From a virus (taxonomy: Duplodnaviria > Caudoviricetes): 29,462 bases of DNA. The stretch spans positions 1 to 29,462 of IMG/VR virus record IMGVR_UViG_3300027808_000117. One strand, 5' to 3'. Below are positions 25,796-29,462 of the stretch, in pieces (within the stretch, counting starts at the first letter, position 1; each line of letters opens with the position of its first letter). Below the pieces are notes generated by a model. The model made no database searches, had not been told where the DNA came from, and saw only the letters and a program-made list of their open reading frames with translations. Position numbers and translations under genes: made by a program.

Positions 25796-26781
25796 AGCCA
25801 ACATACATATTCCGCAGTTACTCGTCCTCTGTTTGGATCAACAAAGTGAATGCGTTGCGACGGCTTACCTACTGCAGCCATAAAGGTGCGGGCATATTCG
25901 TTGTGTGATTCAGGAGAACCCGTTACAAAAACACGCCCACCATTAGCCATGGTCAATGCGGTTGGGGTATGGAAGTGTCCCATGTAGCAGTCGTCGAATG
26001 GTTCTACTACACCCGTAGACCAAGCTGATACCTTGCGTAGGATATTCCCGAACGAACCAATCTCATCACCGTGCACTAGTAAGACCTTGTAGTTTCCAAT
26101 GTGAAAGATCTGATACCAGTCATCCGACATCTGCCATTTGACATGTTTGATATCTTTGCAGTTATTGGAAACAATCTGATACGCCATGCGATCAATGTTG
26201 TCACCAGAAGGCATGTCGCCTTTGCGTCCCAACCTGCCGTGATTACCAAACTCGCACACAACTGTGACCTTCTCAAAAGATTGGGCGAGAGAACGAACAC
26301 ATCCTTCAATGATGCGGACTACCTCGAACAACTGTTCGTATAGATGTGCACCTATCTCATACTGTTGCCCTGGGAATATGCCGACACCTTCTACCATGTC
26401 GCCCCCCAACATAACTACACACTCTCTTACTGGATGATGTGCTCGTTGGATTTCTGTAAGCTGCAACACTTTCTCCATCATGCTGTCCATGCGGGATGAT
26501 AGTGCGGGGATGTTGTACGATACGGTCTTCTTACCAGCCTGCCAATCCGTAAGATGAACGAGAGCTATCTCTGGTTTACCTTTTCTTGAATCCTTTAAAG
26601 GCGGGGCAATCTTTGGGCGTGGAGTAGACAACAAAGAGTTAGCTGCTGCTTCATACACAGCGTCAATCAAGTTGGCTGTCTTGAACTTTGCTTTCGCTTC
26701 AGACCTTTGGCTATGTAGTAACGCTTTCTTTAATTCAATTAGATTACTTTCAAGTTGAATAACCTCATTGAATTTGCTCAC
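25792..26781 (-). CDS. Calcineurin-like metallophosphoesterase with N-terminal coiled coil
   Basis: Motifs TDWQAG, GGDMVEG, GNHGR, VHGD, GHFH. Confidence 0.88.
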   Translation of the reverse strand: MSKFNEVIQLESNLIELKKALLHSQRSEAKAKFKTANLIDAVYEAAANSLLSTPRPKIAPPLKDSRKGKPEIALVHLTDWQAGKKTVSYNIPALSSRMDSMMEKVLQLTEIQRAHHPVRECVVMLGGDMVEGVGIFPGQQYEIGAHLYEQLFEVVRIIEGCVRSLAQSFEKVTVVCEFGNHGRLGRKGDMPSGDNIDRMAYQIVSNNCKDIKHVKWQMSDDWYQIFHIGNYKVLLVHGDEIGSFGNILRKVSAWSTGVVEPFDDCYMGHFHTPTALTMANGGRVFVTGSPESHNEYARTFMAAVGKPSQRIHFVDPNRGRVTAEYVCWL

Positions 26782-26782
26782 G

Positions 26783-26983
26783 TTATCTCCAGCGTTGTAT
26801 GCTCATGTTGGATACTTCTACTCCGAGATCTCTAAGGGTTGAGCCGATGGCTGCCGATGGAATAGTTGGATCTTTTAATGCTGCTTCAAAATCAGCATAA
26901 GATTCTTTGTCAAGTAATTGTTTGACGGCTTCCCTAGGGTTAAGCCTTCTTTTTGTTTTCAATGTTTCTGCGAACTGACTCAT
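26783..26983 (-). CDS. Small HTH-like protein upstream of the phosphoesterase
   Basis: Start moved to MSQFAE (ATG 26983, RBS GGGAGG); PSAAIGSTLRDLGVEVSNMSIQRWR resembles an HTH. Confidence 0.6.
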   Translation of the reverse strand: MSQFAETLKTKRRLNPREAVKQLLDKESYADFEAALKDPTIPSAAIGSTLRDLGVEVSNMSIQRWR

Positions 26984-27003
26984 GTTTCCTCCCGTTTGTA
27001 AGT

Positions 27004-27054
27004 GCACCCCAAGGGAGCCAAAGGAAGGGAAAACCGAAAACAACCTTGGGGCGC
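27004..27054 (-). promoter_or_regulatory. 5'-terminal hairpin with a 29-nt pyrimidine (anti-SD) loop; candidate sRNA or leader
   Basis: Stem GCGCCCCAAGG/CCTTGGGGTGC, loop TTGTTTTCGGTTTTCCCTTCCTTTGGCTC, beginning at the predicted start site of the 27061-27089 promoter. Confidence 0.6.
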
Positions 27055-27060
27055 GATAAA

Positions 27061-27104
27061 ACTATAGTACACACGTTGCAAAGTTGCAAGCATTACGATA
27101 CTGT
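27061..27104. promoter_or_regulatory. Back-to-back divergent promoters built on two TTGCAA palindromes
   Basis: Minus: TTGCAA (27089-27084), 17 nt, TATAGT (27066-27061). Plus: TTGCAA (27076-27081), 17 nt, TACTGT (27099-27104). Confidence 0.7.
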
Positions 27105-27109
27105 GTGCA

Positions 27110-27262
27110 ACACAATTTAACGAACGCATGGTTGTGCCTCTGTCGCAAGAGGTGGGACGTAAACAGGGGAACCTGGGTAGTTTGCCATGTCATGTGGCAA
27201 AGCGCTGTGATGGTATAGGGAGTCGGACTGTGGCAACCCGACGGGGGGCACAGACAGGTCTA
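27110..27262 (+). ncRNA. Structured ncRNA B (unknown family; homolog of ncRNA A)
   Basis: CCTCT-GTCGCA-AGAGG; CAGG-GGAA-CCTG; GGTAG; TTTGCCA/TGGCAAA; AGCG..GTGATG; GTCGG/CCGAC followed by GGGGGG; GTCGCA (27142-47) complementary to TGTGGC (27229-34). Ends approximate. Confidence 0.75.
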
Positions 27263-27263
27263 T

Positions 27264-27485
27264 CTAATCGCGAGTATGTTCCTTGATGTGACCGTTAAGT
27301 TTGTGCTCAACTTTGTCCACCTTCGTTTCAACTCCCTTTACACTTTTATATATATGTTGAAGCATCCCAGAAACAACAGCGTGATCTTCTCTGTTTTCTT
27401 TTCGGAACTGAGATATGATTGCAACAAGAATTCCACCCACGGCAGTAACGACAGCAGAGAGAACTAACGCCCAGCCACCGTCCAC
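27264..27485 (-). CDS. Single-TM membrane protein in the lysis module
   Basis: N-terminal TM WALVLSAVVTAVGGILVAII, then a coiled coil ending LNGHIKEH; follows the endolysin. Confidence 0.7.
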   Translation of the reverse strand: MDGGWALVLSAVVTAVGGILVAIISQFRKENREDHAVVSGMLQHIYKSVKGVETKVDKVEHKLNGHIKEHTRD

Positions 27486-27486
27486 G

Positions 27487-28035
27487 TCATACGGCTTTCT
27501 GTGAATCGACCCATGCTTGGACAGCAGGGGTAGGGTTATCCCCAGTTACCAAACGGATATGCCAAGGTTCTTCAGGGACTACTTCCCAACTAAATCCAAA
27601 CGCTGGTGCGTTAGCAAGCATCCACTCAAAACGTTTACCGCTTGCTGACCAGATATCTACAGCAATACCAAGGTTATGTTGAGACGTACCTGGCGCCGCA
27701 AGCGACGCTAACTTCTCAGACTTCTTGTACCACTTAACACCATCCCAAGTACGAGTCGAAGCACCAGCAATAGGTTCTTTCTGATAACGCTGCAAGAACG
27801 ATGTTGTTTGCATAGCAAGCGTACGGTATGTATCCCCCGCAGACGTAGGCTTAAACGGTTTAATCCCATCAGCAAACGCCTTTGCACGCATCGCATGATA
27901 TGCATCAGCTGCACGCCAATGAAGCCTACCGTAAGGTTGAGTGTCTCGGAGAAGTGAGTCTGGAAGGGCACCAGGTTTCACACCTTTAAGATCCGCAGGC
28001 AATACAACCTTAACGATAGGCCAATTCTTTTTCAT
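27487..28035 (-). CDS. Endolysin, peptidase M15 (D-Ala-D-Ala carboxypeptidase-like)
   Basis: YRT...Q, APGTSQHNLGIAVD (SxHxxGxAxD) and EEPWH zinc-peptidase motifs. Confidence 0.9.
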   Translation of the reverse strand: MKKNWPIVKVVLPADLKGVKPGALPDSLLRDTQPYGRLHWRAADAYHAMRAKAFADGIKPFKPTSAGDTYRTLAMQTTSFLQRYQKEPIAGASTRTWDGVKWYKKSEKLASLAAPGTSQHNLGIAVDIWSASGKRFEWMLANAPAFGFSWEVVPEEPWHIRLVTGDNPTPAVQAWVDSQKAV

Positions 28036-28280
28036 TACTTCTTCTTGGTTTTGGTTCCGAACGCTGCTGTGATCTCATCTGATGTAAGTTCACCATCAAC
28101 TGAAGCAGTAGCAAGTTTCTGTACAACACCAAACAGGGCTGTGAGTCCAGCAACACCAGCAGACTTAACTACATCTACTCCAAGGATTGCACCACCAGTA
28201 ATAATCGGCAAAGCCGATGCAATAAACAATGAAACAAGTCGTTGTGAAAGGTCTAAAGTTTTAGCAATCATTGAGTTCAT
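28035..28280 (-). CDS. Holin-like membrane protein (81 aa)
   Basis: Two hydrophobic segments and a basic tail KTKKK; start moved to ATG 28280 (ATGA overlap); TAATG-coupled to the endolysin. Confidence 0.6.
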   Translation of the reverse strand: MNSMIAKTLDLSQRLVSLFIASALPIITGGAILGVDVVKSAGVAGLTALFGVVQKLATASVDGELTSDEITAAFGTKTKKK

Positions 28281-28444
28281 TCTGTGTCTTTCTGTGTAAG
28301 GGATATTAATGAATGAATCAAAATACCCACACCAGTAAGCAACAGGGCTTGACGCAAAGTTGGACCAGACAAGGTAATTAAAACCATGCCTGTTCCCACC
28401 CATGTCCAGGTGTTCTCCATAATGTAGGTTACAATCCGTTTCAT
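28277..28444 (-). CDS. Small 2-TM membrane protein, 55 aa (not in ORF track)
   Basis: MKRIVTYIMENTWTWVGTGMVLITLSGPTLRQALLLTGVGILIHSLISLTQKDTE; ATGA overlaps at both ends. Confidence 0.7.
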   Translation of the reverse strand: MKRIVTYIMENTWTWVGTGMVLITLSGPTLRQALLLTGVGILIHSLISLTQKDTE

Positions 28445-29462
28445 TTACGCCTAATACTACTAGATGACATTCCTACCAATAAGGCGCCAGCAGCTACAAG
28501 GGTTCGACGTGTCCTCACAGGAATGTTAGAACCCGTTGGTACGTAGTCTTCAAACTGGGAACCAAATACGTCAATGGTTTTCTCAAACGCTTTCTTGACT
28601 TTGGTAGGGGCCTCTTGAATAACAGCAGTAAATTCTTCCAACTGTTCCTCAGTTAGTTCCTCTACGTCAATCTGCTCAAACAACTCTTCGGCCTGATCCT
28701 CAGTAATAGCAGCCAACACCTCAGGACTTGAAGCAATCTCGGTGGCTTGATCCGAAGTAATCTCCGCAGCCAACAGTTGGGTGACAGCAGCAACAATCTG
28801 TTCAGGTTCAGCCTCGGTAAGGTCCTCTAAGATTTCTTTTACTTGCTCATCAGTAACTAGCTCATCAGCTAGGACATCAGGTAAGGTGGTAGTTGATGAC
28901 AACTCTGGTGATTCTTCTTCTGTATCTTGTGTATATTCCTCTGGCGATTCTGTTGTTGTTGGGGCATCTGTTTCGTCAGGAGCAATCTCTTCAACGGAAG
29001 TATCTTCAGGATAAGTCTCTTCAGGATAAATCTTCTCAGGAGTAGAAGTAGTTGTTTCTAGAGTATCTTCTGACACCTCTTCTTCTTCTTCAGGAAGGGT
29101 CGTTACCGTGGGTTCTGGCACTTCTGTTGTCGTTGTCGTTGCCGTGGCTACTGGCAAAGATGTCGTAGTTGTCGTTGCAGGGACAGTCGTTTGAACTACA
29201 GTAGTAGTACTTGTCGTCGTCGACTCCGTGGATGTTGTAGTTGGGGCCCATGATGTAGTGGTTGTCTCCTGAATTGTAGTAGTTGTAGTACTAGATGTAG
29301 TGGTAGACGAGGAGGAAGATGAAGACGACGTTGAAGTTGTTGTTGTTGTCTCTGGCAACGTGCTTGTGGTTGTTGTGGCAACTTCCGTGGTACTTGTGGG
29401 TAACGAGGTAGATGATGTGGTTGTCGTTGAGGATGTGGTTGTTGAAGATGTTGTTGAAGTTG
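28441..29462 (-). CDS. Thr/Ser-rich mucin-like, acidic, C-terminally anchored protein (5' end beyond the window)
   Basis: Frame is open to the right edge (TSTTSSTTTSSTTTTSSTSLPTSTTEVATTTTST before the track's TTG start). Glu-rich middle; C-terminus YVPTGSNIPVRTRRTLVAAGALLVGMSSSSIRRK. Confidence 0.75.
   Translation of the reverse strand, partial: TSTTSSTTTSSTTTTSSTSLPTSTTEVATTTTSTLPETTTTTSTSSSSSSSSTTTSSTTTTTIQETTTTSWAPTTTSTESTTTSTTTVVQTTVPATTTTTSLPVATATTTTTEVPEPTVTTLPEEEEEVSEDTLETTTSTPEKIYPEETYPEDTSVEEIAPDETDAPTTTESPEEYTQDTEEESPELSSTTTLPDVLADELVTDEQVKEILEDLTEAEPEQIVAAVTQLLAAEITSDQATEIASSPEVLAAITEDQAEELFEQIDVEELTEEQLEEFTAVIQEAPTKVKKAFEKTIDVFGSQFEDYVPTGSNIPVRTRRTLVAAGALLVGMSSSSIRRK

Noticed and set aside
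27137-27262. Assigning ncRNA A/B to the raiA motif or to HDV-like ribozymes
   Set aside because: The GUCGCA loop pairing and the 3' GAC..GGUC recall raiA from memory, but the length and intervening helices do not obviously match, and I could not build an HDV nested double pseudoknot. Left unassigned pending cmscan.
28281-28403. N-terminal extension of the 122 aa holin ORF in the track
   Set aside because: A coupled 55 aa ORF in another frame occupies this span; ATG 28280 is the better start.
80-29381. All plus-strand track ORFs and short nested minus-strand ORFs
   Set aside because: They are shadows of longer genes with recognisable motifs; none has an RBS or motif support.
1-29462. tRNA, tmRNA, integrase or DNA polymerase genes
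   Set aside because: No cloverleaf/T-loop signatures in the intergenic gaps and no matching protein motifs seen; they may lie outside the window.

Overview
A 29.5 kb segment of a tailed dsDNA phage. The host is almost certainly an actinobacterium (WhiB gene, leaderless promoter, U-less terminators), and the virion is probably podovirus-like (no tape-measure or tail-tube gene seen here). Every credible protein gene is on the minus strand. Reading in transcription order (right to left): a Thr-rich surface-type protein and lysis genes (membrane proteins, M15 peptidase); a metallophosphoesterase block; a recombination/regulation block (YqaJ exonuclease, Rad52/Sak-like annealase, RHH protein, resolvase-like nuclease, SLT transglycosylase, WhiB); a ~4.5 kb early-type block (MoxR-like AAA+ ATPase and VWA partner) that by eye lacks GATC, AGCT, CATG, GTAC, ACGT and GGCC; a probable packaging/end site near 16330; then terminase, a histone-H1-like basic protein, portal, probable internal virion proteins, scaffold and major capsid (cut by the window edge). 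The main unexplained signal is a pair of homologous structured non-coding RNAs on the plus strand (16013-16217 and ~27110-27262). Each has its own sigma70-type promoter, and the two share four helices plus a loop-loop pairing supported by compensatory base changes. Also notable are an anti-Shine-Dalgarno loop hairpin complementary to the RBS class used by early/middle genes, and a switch-like scaffold leader. All calls come from reading the sequence by eye; no database searches or folding programs were run.
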